Origin: Euprymna scolopes
Taxonomy: Eukaryota
NCBI GenBank assembly: GCA_053919585.1
Contig: CM132797.1
Reading direction: 5' to 3' (one strand)
DNA: 64,000 nt
In this document: piece by piece, positions 21,290 through 32,037 of the stretch
Numbering within the stretch: position 1 is the first letter of the stretch
Layout: every line of letters begins with the position of its first letter
The notes under the pieces: model-generated
What the model was told of the DNA's origin: nothing
Database searches by the model: none
Seen by the model: only the letters and a program-made list of their open reading frames with translations
Made by a program: the position numbers and the translations under genes

Positions 21290-21331
21290 GGATGACTCCG
21301 ATTCAAATGTGTATACGTTTTCAACCAAGAT
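20450..21331. repeat. Fold-back palindrome with ~55 bp arms ending in (TG)n/(CA)n
   Basis: atcttggttgaaaacatatacgcatttgaatcggaatcatccttgtgtg (20450-20507) is the near reverse complement of cacacaaggatgactccgattcaaatgtgtatacgttttcaaccaagat (~21273-21331). Confidence 0.88.
20508..21204 (-). mobile_element. RTE-type non-autonomous retroposon / SINE (RTE 5'UTR-like motifs) inserted in (TG)n
   Basis: Minus strand CCTGCC..GGCGACTAAA and TAAGCCGTGGTGAAAGCAACCTTTCTAGGAGAAGCAAATCTCTGATTTAAAAAACC resemble conserved RTE 5'UTR blocks; no ORF. Confidence 0.55.
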
Positions 21332-23454
21332 TAACTGATTGTTCGTCCGTGATAATTGTTTTCTTAAACGCCTTCTTCGATTAAATAATTCTGATGCATG
21401 ACTGATAATACTGTTGAATTCGAAATTTATAATAATTGCTATTTTTGTGACAATAAATTACACAATCATGTAAATTTTTCATTACTTTGTGTAACAAATA
21501 AGATTCTCCATATTGGAAAATAATACAAGACAGGATTAATTATGATCAGCAAAAGCTCTTATGAAAAATTTCTCCAAAATTGCCTTGTAACATTTTATAT
21601 TTACACAAGCAGGGCAACCTAACATTGTTCGGCCAAAAGTGTAAGCATAAGTTCTATTCGCTCTCTTCTCCCCTCCCTCTCCTTTTTCTTCTTCATCTAG
21701 CCTGTTCTTATCTCTAAGCATGCACACATATAATTCACATCGACGTAAAGGAACTATTTGTAAAAAATTAGTTACTTCCCTTCATATCATAACATTAAAA
21801 GATATGTGTACGTCTTGGTAATATTAACTATATATAAATGGCCATTTGACCTCCAAATAATGAATCATTTTTCCACTTTTGGATATTATACATTCAGGAT
21901 TATATCGATTAAAAAAAAAAATACTAACTTTGTAGATGATTTTTACATAAAATTAAAGTTTAAGAACTCTCTAGGGCAGTTTGACCAACCTCCTCGTGCA
22001 GAAATACACAAAGGTCGCTATTATCCTAAATAATCATTTTCTTTGTAATTCTTAATTCTGAATCTAACGAACTCAAAAAGATGGAATTGATACTCCCCAT
22101 GCTCATCATGTTTCTTTTTTTAATTCTTTTTTTGTTTGTTTCAGTTATTTATTTTTTTTCTTTTCCATTTCAGTACCAGGAAAAACACTACTTCAAATGC
22201 TTGGAAAATTCAAACGGGATTATTAATCTTGTTTCTTTGCTGTTGCATTCGATTTCTACTTCTTAATGCCATTTTCATTATGTAAATATGTACATACTAT
22301 GTTGATAAAATATCTGTTGCTCCGCTATCTATTAGAGGTTGCCAAGAAACTGCCTTTTCCCCAGGTAGAACTTCACTTTCTCCTCTGCAGCATGTCTACC
22401 ATCTTTTCTCCCTCATTTATAATTTAAAGAAAGAATGCATTCATTTTGTATGAGTTAGATGATTCTATTGTTAGCCTTGATTTCCCTAATCAGAATCCTT
22501 TCTAGAAATACATCTAGTACTTATAGGAGGAACCACATGATAGTTGCCAACATCTTAAGTGAAAGTGTTTCTGTGAAAACGAACTAGATTCGAACTTGGC
22601 ACCTCCAGGTTGGCAGTCTGTTGAAGAGTTTATGTTCATTCCTTGAATAATGTGCAGCTGATTTATACTGATCGATAACAATCATATTGAGATTTAACAA
22701 TTCAGAGTAAAACATAGTTTGAACAGGAGGGTGGGAGATAAAATAATGCTAAAATGAAAGTTTCAACATGAGCTAAGACTAAGCAAAAAATTTCATTAAG
22801 AGGCAAAGATTAGTATTAGAGCAACGTGTTAAGGATGTTACATCAAAAGAAAGTATCCAGTGGTATATAATGAATAAACTGCAGGGTATTTATCTTGTTT
22901 CTGTAATGTATATTTAGAAACTTCTGTGTGGATTATTGGATTTTCAACTTATTCAGCAGCCAATGCTTTCATCAAAAAGAAGGCACTTTTATTGTGTTCC
23001 AGAACATATGTAGTGTAATATAATAATTTTCCAAGTTCCAAATAGCAAGTTTTCTCAGTTGGTCATTTATTACTTTTCAAACTCTAGCAAGAGGGTTTTA
23101 CAATTCTATGGACTCTTAAATGCAGGTTCAAAGTCATCAGGATGGTTATTACTGCCATTTTCAGATATCTTAACATAAAGTCTTCCTTGTAATACCAACA
23201 ACAAATGGTGTTGATTAGCGAGTGCGATTCAAACAATTGTATGGACCAAGTTTAAAGTCACCAGGATGGCTATGATTGCCATGTTTTCTATTTAAGAATA
23301 TCAGCATAAATTTGCTGGCGAATGATGGTGTCATAAAAATAGATACCAAATGTTAGATTACCTAATTAAAATCATGGCAATAATTCTTACAAAGTTTCCT
23401 TAAAGGATTAATAGTTTCTTATTGTTCAATCAGTTAACTTTAAGATGGATCTAA

Positions 23455-23711
23455 ATGGAAGTTGATGACATTGCTATTGTTCTAGAAGAGTGCAGGTGTC
23501 TAAATGGTGTTGAGGGAGTTTTGGTGCGCATTACCAGTAGAAACACGGATGTGAAGCGGGGACTATTGCAACTTGAGAGAAAAATAAACAGAAAATTACA
23601 TACAATTGACTGCTTATGTCACCAATTCAAACTGCTATTTAGAGCCACGTTTAAGTTAATTGAAAGAAACCCTAAAACTTTCACTGGTTATTTAGGAAAA
23701 CCTTATCAAAA
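23455..23711 (+). mobile_element. hATm-like DNA transposase fragment
   Basis: NTDVKRGLLQLERKINRKLHTIDCLCHQFKLLFRATF..FTGYLGK fits the NTG..G...LE..L.R.L...C..H.EL..R.....F.G.IGK pattern. Confidence 0.55.
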
Positions 23712-23713
23712 TA

Positions 23714-24210
23714 TCAGGTTGACAAGTAAGTTCTTGCGATTTTTAACTTTTAAATTCAGAGGAACATGTCTCAGCTCAAAACAAAAATTTTTTGATCAAA
23801 ATAAGCACCATCAGACTCAACACAGAACAAGTGTATTTATGCCAGTAACATAAAAGTCTTGTGTTTTGTTGGGGATGAAGTTGCTGAAAGTGTTTTTTTA
23901 TATTGCTTACGTTTTTGAAGTATTTCTCGTGCAGAAAATTGTAAAGGTGCTTGAAAAAATAGTAGTCAGTAGGTGAGAGGTCTGGAGAGTATGGTGGATG
24001 AGACAGAGTGTTTTAGCCCAGTTCGTTCAACTTCTGCAGAATGGTTTAGCAACATGCAGTCGAGCATTGACGTGGAGGAGAATTGAGCCTTTTCTGTTGA
24101 CTAATGCTCAGTCTTGTTGTTGTTCAAGTTTCTGCCATGGTAGTTGCTGGCCGAGGGATATGTTCCTTGCTAATTGAATCAGAGATGGTTTTGTGATTCT
24201 GTTTGAATCC
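23714..24210 (-). mobile_element. Mariner (DD34D) fragment with 3' TIR
   Basis: Minus strand ILLH.NAR.HVA..QKLNELG..HPPYSPDLSPTDYYFFKHL..F..GI..LV..DGAYFD; TA|TCAGGTTGACAAGTAAGTTCTTGCGATTTTT TIR at 23714-23744. Confidence 0.88.
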
Positions 24211-24318
24211 CTCAACTGGTGATAATCTTGACTGCATGTATGCACAAATTGTTGACGTACACCAATTTCTTTAAAAACGTTGTTGGGATTTTCCCAACTT
24301 TATAAGGTAACAAAATAT

Positions 24319-25576
24319 TGTGACGTTGACAAGCAGAAAGGAACACAAACAAAAATGAAAATTGTTAAAAATTTGTATTGATAAGTAAGAGGAGTAAGAA
24401 TGTTTCCTTGCAAAAACAGTCGTGTTTTACAGAACTTATCTGAAGGATTCGTCCTGTTAATGATGTATGTTTCCTGTGGAGTTTGGCTGAGTTAAGGAAA
24501 AAATAGGAAATGTTGTGTTTTTTGTGCTGTTAAAAATCCTTGCACGTGTCTGGTATTGAATGATGGCGAGAGCTGACAGACATGTTGTTTTTGAGGCCCC
24601 GATAAGCAAAAGAGGTCGAGAATTCAAAAAAAAAAAAAAAAAAAAAAAAAAAAACGCTCTCGTGGTGATGGTGAGGATCTAAAAGAGAAGCCTGTGAGTG
24701 ATTGTTTTTCATCCAATTATAGGGCAGCCCATTAGTGACTCCTCAATAATTCCAATATTCTCCCTGTTATGTTATTGTGTTTAGTCTAGAGGTAAAACAC
24801 AGTAAACATATATATTCGAATAAAAAACAGTAAAAGAAAAAGATTGAAAAAAAAAAGAGATTTCTTGAAAACCAAAAATAAAAATAAAAGCAAAAATTAT
24901 TTCCAGGCACAAAATAGTTTAAGAGAAATAATTCAGATATACATTCCAGTCTTGCTTTGTGTCTAATATTTACATTTAATAATGTTTAAAGATATAATGT
25001 CTTTGATCAAACTAATATTCAGAAAATCTATATTTACCATGAATTGTCTGCTTTCTTGGTGAGGAAGCTTAGGCTTGTTGTTCAGAGTTCTCTTACGATG
25101 GGATTTTTTCATTTTCCTTGCATCTCCTTTCGGAGTTATAATTGTTTTGAGAGGTCACCAACACTTACATCCTTTCTCAGTTACATCCTTTCCTTCTCTT
25201 ATTCATAACTAAATAGCAAACACGTTTGACAACTAATTATAGTTGTCACTGAAGAATGTTCTAGAAACAAATTAAAAAGAACACTTTATTTTAGAACTTT
25301 CTGGAAGCTAATAAAAAAGAATACTTTTTTCTGTTCTATTTTTAGAAGTCTCCAGAAAGAATATAAAAATGTATTTTTAAGCCTAATTTTAAAGTAATAT
25401 TTTTGTATTATATTATGTATTATTATTTTTAATTTATTTGATTATTTATGATTATTTTTATATTTTATTTTTATTATGTTTTGTATTTTTTATTTATTAT
25501 ATTTGGATACTGATTATTTATGTAAGAAATCGTAATTTCTTCATATTTTAAGAGGAAAATATGTCCTCATATGACA
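24319..25576 (-). repeat. Putative 3' LTR of the Gypsy element
   Basis: Minus-strand polypurine tract GAAGGGGAAAG directly followed by TGTCAT at 25576; candidate ..GTCACA end at 24319 (less certain). Confidence 0.5.
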
Positions 25577-28500
25577 CTTTCCCCTTCAAAGTAAAAGTTT
25601 TGATATCTAGATTTCATAACTTTTAATCTAGAAGTCTGTCTGTAAGGTGTTAGATAAACTATTGAATGTGAAAACATACATAAAAATAGATATTTTTCCC
25701 AAATAGAGAAATGTACATTGTCAGAATGTTTGTTATATTTTTGTACTTGTTAAAAGAGAAAATCAAATATAAGAGAAAAAATGCAATAGGTAGAAAATTC
25801 TTATAAGTTTTTGTCAATGTTCATTTGAATGAGAAAGTTGGGTATTATTATATTCAATGTATAGACATTTTTTAATTTGTCATTTTTTATATTTGTGTGT
25901 ATTTTTTGTATATCAATACATGCAATAACATCTTTTTTACTTATGTAATTTATATATTTTTTGTTTGTTTTGTGTGTACTTTTATTTTTGTGAAAGATAA
26001 AGTTATGTCCTAGACAGAGCATCAGCAATAATGTTATCTCCACCTTTTATGTGTTTGATGATAATGTTGTATTCTTGTAAGAGTAGAGGCCATCTTGTAA
26101 GCCTTTGATTTTTATTAATCATCTAGTATAAGAAAGGGAGTAGGTTATGATCAGTGCGGATTAGAACAGGCTGTACAGTCACATTGAGATAAAAGTCAGT
26201 GTTGTATGGCTGATAATAAAGCTAAACATCCTTTTCCAATAGTTGAGTAATTTTCTTTTGGTATTTGTTAAATTTTCTTGAGAAATATTCGATAGCTTTC
26301 TCGATACCTTGCTCATCTTCTTGGATGAGAATTCCACCCATGCCCACATCACTGCCATCAATTTGTAATCTAAATTCTCTCAAGAAGTCTAGAGTTGCAA
26401 GAGCTGAACTTCCAATAAGAGTTGACTTGATGTTATTAAAAGCTTTATGGCAGGAATCGGTCCATTTGTATTTTTCAGTCATTTTTAGGAGATTGGTGAG
26501 AGGACTTGCTGTCGTTCAGAAGTTTTTACAGAATCTTCTATAAAATCCAACCAGAAATCTTATTAGTTGTTTTTTATTTGTTGGGACAGGATATTTTATG
26601 ATAGCATCAACGTTTGCCGAGGTAGGTTTCACTTGTCCCTGACAGACAGTATGACCAAAATAATCAACTTTTGCTTGACAAAATTCACTCTTGTTGAGAT
26701 TTACACATAGGTTGGTATCTTGTAGTTTTAAAAAGAATTGTTTTATAATTTTTAAATGTTCCTCCTAGGTGTTACTGTATATGATCACATCGTCGATGTA
26801 AACCTCACATCCATGAATATCATGTAGTATAGAACGCATCATTCTCTGAAATGTTGCTGGTGTAGTTTTCATTCCAAATAGCATAATTTTCTATTGATAG
26901 ACACCATCTGGGGTGATAAATCCTGAGAATTCTTTCGCTTCGTTGATTAAAGTAACCTTTCATCAGGTCAAACTTACTGACATATTTTGATTCTTTGATA
27001 TTATCAATGCAATCATCAATTCTAGGAATTGGAAAAGAGTCAGTCTTTGTTATTTCATTAACTTTTCGAAAGTCAGTTATGAATCTATGTGCCATCGGGT
27101 TTGGGCACGAGAATACACAGTGAGCTCCATTCACTTATTGCTTGGTTCTATATTTGTTGCTTAGTACTATTATATCATTTTCTATCATATATCTAATTTC
27201 CTTTCTCAAATATTGAAGCTTGATTGGATTAATACGATAAAAATGCTGTTTGATAGGTTTTGCATTTCCCACAACATCATGTACTGCAGCTGTTGGTTTT
27301 TCTCAGAACATCTTGTAAAAGATCTCTGAATTTATTGACCAAAGCATATATATCTTTTCTTTTCATATGATAAATGCTTAAATTTGTTATGTAGATTAAA
27401 TAATATTTCTGAGTTTTTTTTTTTGTTTTATTGACTACTGTGACGTATGTTTTTTCTTTTTAGTAACTATATTTGTTTCATAGTCTAAATGAGTTTTACT
27501 TTTATTAGTATCTTTAATATTTGTTAATGTAGAAACTGGCCTCATTTTTGTTATATCATTCCTATTAATGTAAGGATTTTACATACTGGTGTGACCCATT
27601 CTATTTTTTCCTATCTGGAGTGCATATAATGTACCTCATTACTTTTATTTTGGAAACAACAGTGTTTACTAGTCATAGAGTGTGTATTTTTCATTCTAAC
27701 TTGAGAATTTAAGTTTTTTTGTATCTTTTTGTTGTTCCTTGACAAGTTGATTTTGTAATTTTCATGTGTTGTTTCTAATATGCAATGTAGTACTATCTCA
27801 TTTTTTCATCTATAGTATGAGTTTTTTCTAGGTTATGTGATAGGAAGGTTTTGTTCAATTTTGATAGAGTAGCCAGTATTGAGGTGTTTTTGTTTTCTAA
27901 AAGTTGTTTCTTTGCTCTAGCTGTAGTGAGTACACATACTGGGTATAAGTTTTTATCTTCGTCACTTTCTTCAGTTTATTCTACTGTATCCGTAATTACT
28001 GGATCTGTATCAGTTTATCACCTGATAAATCGTTTCCTAAGATTAAAGAGACACCTTTCACTGGTAAAGTGGGATGAACACCGACTATGATAAAGGCATT
28101 TATGAACTTTGATTTAATCTAGACTTTATGAAGTGGTACTTTTATGACACTCAAATGTATTCTCTGTAGCAAGACAAAATCTCTTGTGAAGATACAGTCA
28201 GATAGTGGTAATGCCCCTTCTAGCAATAGTATTTGAGATGCTCCTATATCTCTTAGGATTTTTATAGGTGTGGCCTTCTCAGGATCACTTATGGAAACAG
28301 AACCATGAAAGGTGTGTACATTTCTATAAATGGATCAAAGACGCTTTTCCCTGTATAACGAGTGAGACGAACGAGAGAAAAGATGCTTTTCAATGTATTT
28401 TGCAAAAACGTGTGGTTTGCAGGATTTATTTATTTCGTTCTCTTTTTCGTACTGTGTTGCAATATAATGTGATTATTTTTACTGCAATATGCACATCTAA

Positions 28501-29600
28501 TTTTTTATTGTTTCAGAAATGAACTATTTGATATGCGTCTCACTTTTTCCTGTAGATCATTTTTGTGAGGCAAATTATGAGGGTGAGACATAAGCAATGG
28601 TTTCCTCTTTGAGTGAAAATCTGAACAATTATCATTTTAGTCTTTTCATAACTCTTTCTTAATGTTACATTGTGGGTGTCTGCGATTATTGCTGCTTCAT
28701 TTATGGTTTCTACTTCTTTTTCATCCAGATACATTTGACTTTCTTTATCTACACATCGTTTAAACTCTTCTATTAAAATTAGTTGATGTAATTTATTGTA
28801 ATCATTGTCTATTTTTTAGCCTTAAGCCATCTAATAAATAGATCTGTTTTCTGTCATGCAAATTCCATGAAGGTATGATTTTCAAATTTTCTAAAATTTC
28901 TGAATTTTAACCTATACTCTTCTGGAATTAATTCATATGCATTCAGTATAGCATTTTTTATTTTGTCATAACCTGCGGTATCTTCTATGCCAAATGTGGT
29001 ATACATGTCAGCTCCTCGTCCATTTAGGACAAATTGCAAAAGTGTTGGCCATATGTCAAAGGGCCATCCTAAATTTGTAGCTATTTTCTCAAAAAGAAGG
29101 AAGTATTTCTCTACTCTTTTTTTCATTAAATGGTGGTACTAATTTTATGCATCTTCCTACATTGAAAATTGTATTAACAAGAAAGTTATTTGCATTTTGA
29201 ATTGTGTTTTGTACCTGTAATCTTTTTTTTTTTCTAATTCTATTTTTTGTAATTCTATTCTTTCTTGGATTTCTAACATTTTTATTTCTAATTGGAGATG
29301 CAAGTTATTGTTATCTGTGTTGACAAGACAAGAGTCTAGCAGATCTCTTTCTATTAATTCTTCAGCAATATTTTTTATTTCCGCTTTTTTCATATTTGGA
29401 TTTGTATCTAACTTGAAATAAACTGCAGTTTCTAAAAGATGGGAGAGTTTTTTACTATTTAAATTTTTTTTAGTTCTCTTAGGGCGCTGTATTATTGGAA
29501 TAGATGCACTCTTAGTATCTGGTACATTGTTAGAGACTTTCAGTTTTGCAACATCATTTCTTTAGCACACACTTCATTTGAGTCTGGAATAATTCCAGGA
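24319..29600 (-). mobile_element. Degenerate Gypsy LTR retrotransposon, Gmr1-like (SCAN-like gag; PR-IN-RT-RH order)
   Basis: gag VEKYFLLFEKIA..W..W..YDKIKNAILNAYELIPEEYRLKFR; protease ILRDIGASQ (~28230-28260); RT DFRKVNEITKTDSFPIPRIDD..SKFDLMKGY, VYIDDV; RNase H LQIDGSDVGMGGIL..YFSRKF; pol ends HIKGGDNIIADALSRT* at ~26003. Confidence 0.88.
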
Positions 29601-29619
29601 TGGCGGGCATGATAATTGT

Positions 29620-30740
29620 GTTTAAAATCTTTTTGTACTTTTTTAGAGTCACTTTGATTTTCATATAAAAAATGTTGATAGTTACCTTACGGAGAAATGC
29701 CTGTAGGAAACTCACAAGCAGAACTCTTCATGCAGTCCACCATTTTGATGATCTTTATAAATTGAATTACATTGATGCCTAAAAGACCATGAACCCTAAT
29801 ATCATTTTTTCCATGCAAAAAGGCTAATTTGTAATTTGATTTAAGTAAATTATTCTTAATAGATTTAAATTTACTAAATCTCAAGTTTATATCAAATTCA
29901 TCATCTATGAGAACAAGTAGGGGCAAGACATGATCCTTATTAATTTCAATTGCCACTAAACTTGATTTAATTTTTTTCTTTTTCGACCCTAAAAAGGTTT
30001 TTACATCATATTCTATTGGAGTAAGGAAAGGTTTATTGCACCCTAATTTTTCAATAACCTGCCTAGAGAAATAAGCCCTTTTTACTGCCTGTATCAAAGA
30101 GACAGTTTAAGTTGTATTTACGTTTCCCTTTAGTAACAGTAATTGCGACTATCGATAAAATGTAGGGCTGCTCCTGTGTGCCAGTGCATGATAGCAGTTA
30201 GATCGTTTTCACTCTTACTTGCTTCATCACAAAGGAAGATAATGTAACCTCGGGATTTGCAATTTGCATATTTTTGAGGTAATTTATTTGTTTTGCCAAA
30301 GCAGTCTTCTGTACTATGAATAGCACTGGTACAAAAAAGAAACAAACTATGACTAGCACTGGTACAAAAAAGAAACAAACTATGACTAGCACTGGTACAA
30401 AAAAGACACAAACTATGACTAGCACTGGTACAAAAAAGACACAAACCCATTTCCCTACACCTAGACTGTCTCGAATTAAGGGAGAAATATTTTGAACAAT
30501 AGTTCATGGTGTGCCCATTGAGATGGCTAAATCTACAATGCCTAGAAATTTTGTTAGATTTTATAGCAAAGTTTTCCAATGTGGGAACATTTTTATTTCC
30601 CGTATTCTTAATATAATCTTTTCCAGTAACTTAAAATTGTCTTGGTGGGAATAAGGATATTTAAAATCTTTTTTAATTAAGGTTTTTATAACTATCAAAA
30701 ATCCTATTGATTTTAAAGTAGTTACTGTAAACTTTCCAAA
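29620..30740 (-). mobile_element. BEL/Pao LTR retrotransposon fragment (gag Zn knuckles and aspartic protease)
   Basis: CRF..GH...C..Y...R..RC...LCLFC...H...C....NCKSR.....LC knuckle array; CLFDTGS..AYFS protease motif near 30075-30105; GLLG.NVIQF. Confidence 0.75.
30313..30446. repeat. 33 bp in-frame tandem repeat (~4 copies) inside the BEL gag knuckle
   Basis: tagcactggtacaaaaaaga(a/c)acaaactatgac x4, encoding (C/F)LFCTSASHSL. Confidence 0.92.
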
Positions 30741-31412
30741 AGAAGAGAGAGAAAGAAAGAAAAGGACAGAAAAATGGAAAAATTACATTCAAATCATCCG
30801 TCTGATCATTCATAATTTTGAAAAACACAACTTAAATATTTCCAAGAACGTCGCAGCTCTTAAAGAAATTACCATGTTACTGCTTCACTGCAGTCTATGA
30901 CATAGCAGTGTTCAAGTTTCTTTAATAAACTCTAAGTTGGTGATTAAATTTTGTCATTGAATTCATCATTTTCAATCCTTTTTTTTTCTTTTTTTTTACA
31001 TGGTGATCACCACTTATCAAGGCCTGGAAGAGACTCTGGTATAAAGGTTATTGCGTGTACAGTAGTGAATGTGATAGTATCGTAGTAATCATTAGTATTG
31101 CAGATTTGATAAAGTGTCTTACTTAAGGGGGCGGGGCATCAGGAATTTGTTTAATGATCATTCAAGCGACTATCTTTCCTTCTAATAAACCTTGATCTTT
31201 TAAAAAATTCGTTTAAAAAGACTACGAATCTATTGTCTTCTATGACCGTCCACAGTTCATCCTTTAATATAGTTGTTGATTAACTATATGTGTCCTTGTG
31301 TTTCCTGTGTCTGCGTGTAATATTAAGTGCAAATTTCGATGCAAGATGAAACAAAAAGCAAAACTCAAAGAAAAACCTTTTGAAAAGTGTTTAGAAAAAG
31401 TGGCAAATTTAC

Positions 31413-31508
31413 CAAACGAATTTGGATCAAATATGTAGGGATTCGAAGGGATTGTGATGAGAGGTAAATTATTTAATGGTATTTCACTGTCATACCAATC
31501 CATTGGAG
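31413..31508 (-). other. Exon-like cassette in the repeat unit (96 nt, phase 1-1; APMDWYDSEIPLNNLPLITIPSNPYIFDPNSF), repeated in every unit
   Basis: ttcttcag|CTCCAATGGATTGG...TCGTTTG|gtaaat; start homologous to ttttcag|CACCAATGTTCTGG (13704) and ttttcag|CTCGAATGAAATGG (15188). Confidence 0.55.
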
Positions 31509-31919
31509 CTGAAGAATTATTTGTGAATCAAACATTGAATATCTCTTAAATGGATGCAATACAAGGAGAGAAAAGGATACAGGATAATATGCACCTGGGA
31601 GAGAAACGTGCACTGAAAATACAATACGGTGGTTAAATTAATTAGGCATTGCTGGAAGGTCTCTTTCACGCCGCCATAACAATTTTCCATGTTCTTCCTG
31701 GGCACGTGATCTCAATAAGGCGTGAATCCAGTCTCAGCTTTTCTGTCGTCTTGCTTTCTTCTTGTGGCAAGAGAAACATGCATAGTTGAGCATTAAAGAA
31801 AGATGAGTAATGAATATGAAATGAAGGAAATTGACATGCCACAGATATCAAGATAAAAACAGTAAACTAGAGAAGATACAGACAAATTAACACTGATGAG
31901 AAAACATTGTCAGACTCAC

Positions 31920-32037
31920 CTTCTATACTACAATTCGCATCTTCTGGCTGGGGAAAAATCAACATTGATGCAGCTTCTATTATCTGTTGATGAATACTGG
32001 CATAATAGTTGGAGTACAAATATCTGTATTCAGAAAT
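31920..32037 (-). other. Exon-like cassette in the repeat unit (118 nt, phase 0-1; consensus ISEYRYLYSNYYASIHQQTIEAASMLIFPQPEDGNCSIE), repeated in every unit
   Basis: ttttcgtattgcag|ATTTCTGAA...ATAGAAG|gtgagt; strong acceptor and donor; only one frame open. Confidence 0.6.

Noticed and set aside
21536-21727. ORF with GCPA..IK...HN resembling a MULE/FAR1-type Zn domain
   Set aside because: Too short and degenerate; no adjacent DDE domain recognisable
22575-22625. B-box-like GTTCGAATC on the minus strand
   Set aside because: No convincing A box or cloverleaf; at most a decayed SINE head
23455-23853. 132 aa ORF as a single gene
   Set aside because: Chimera: hATm-like fragment reading into the antisense strand of the mariner TIR after 23713
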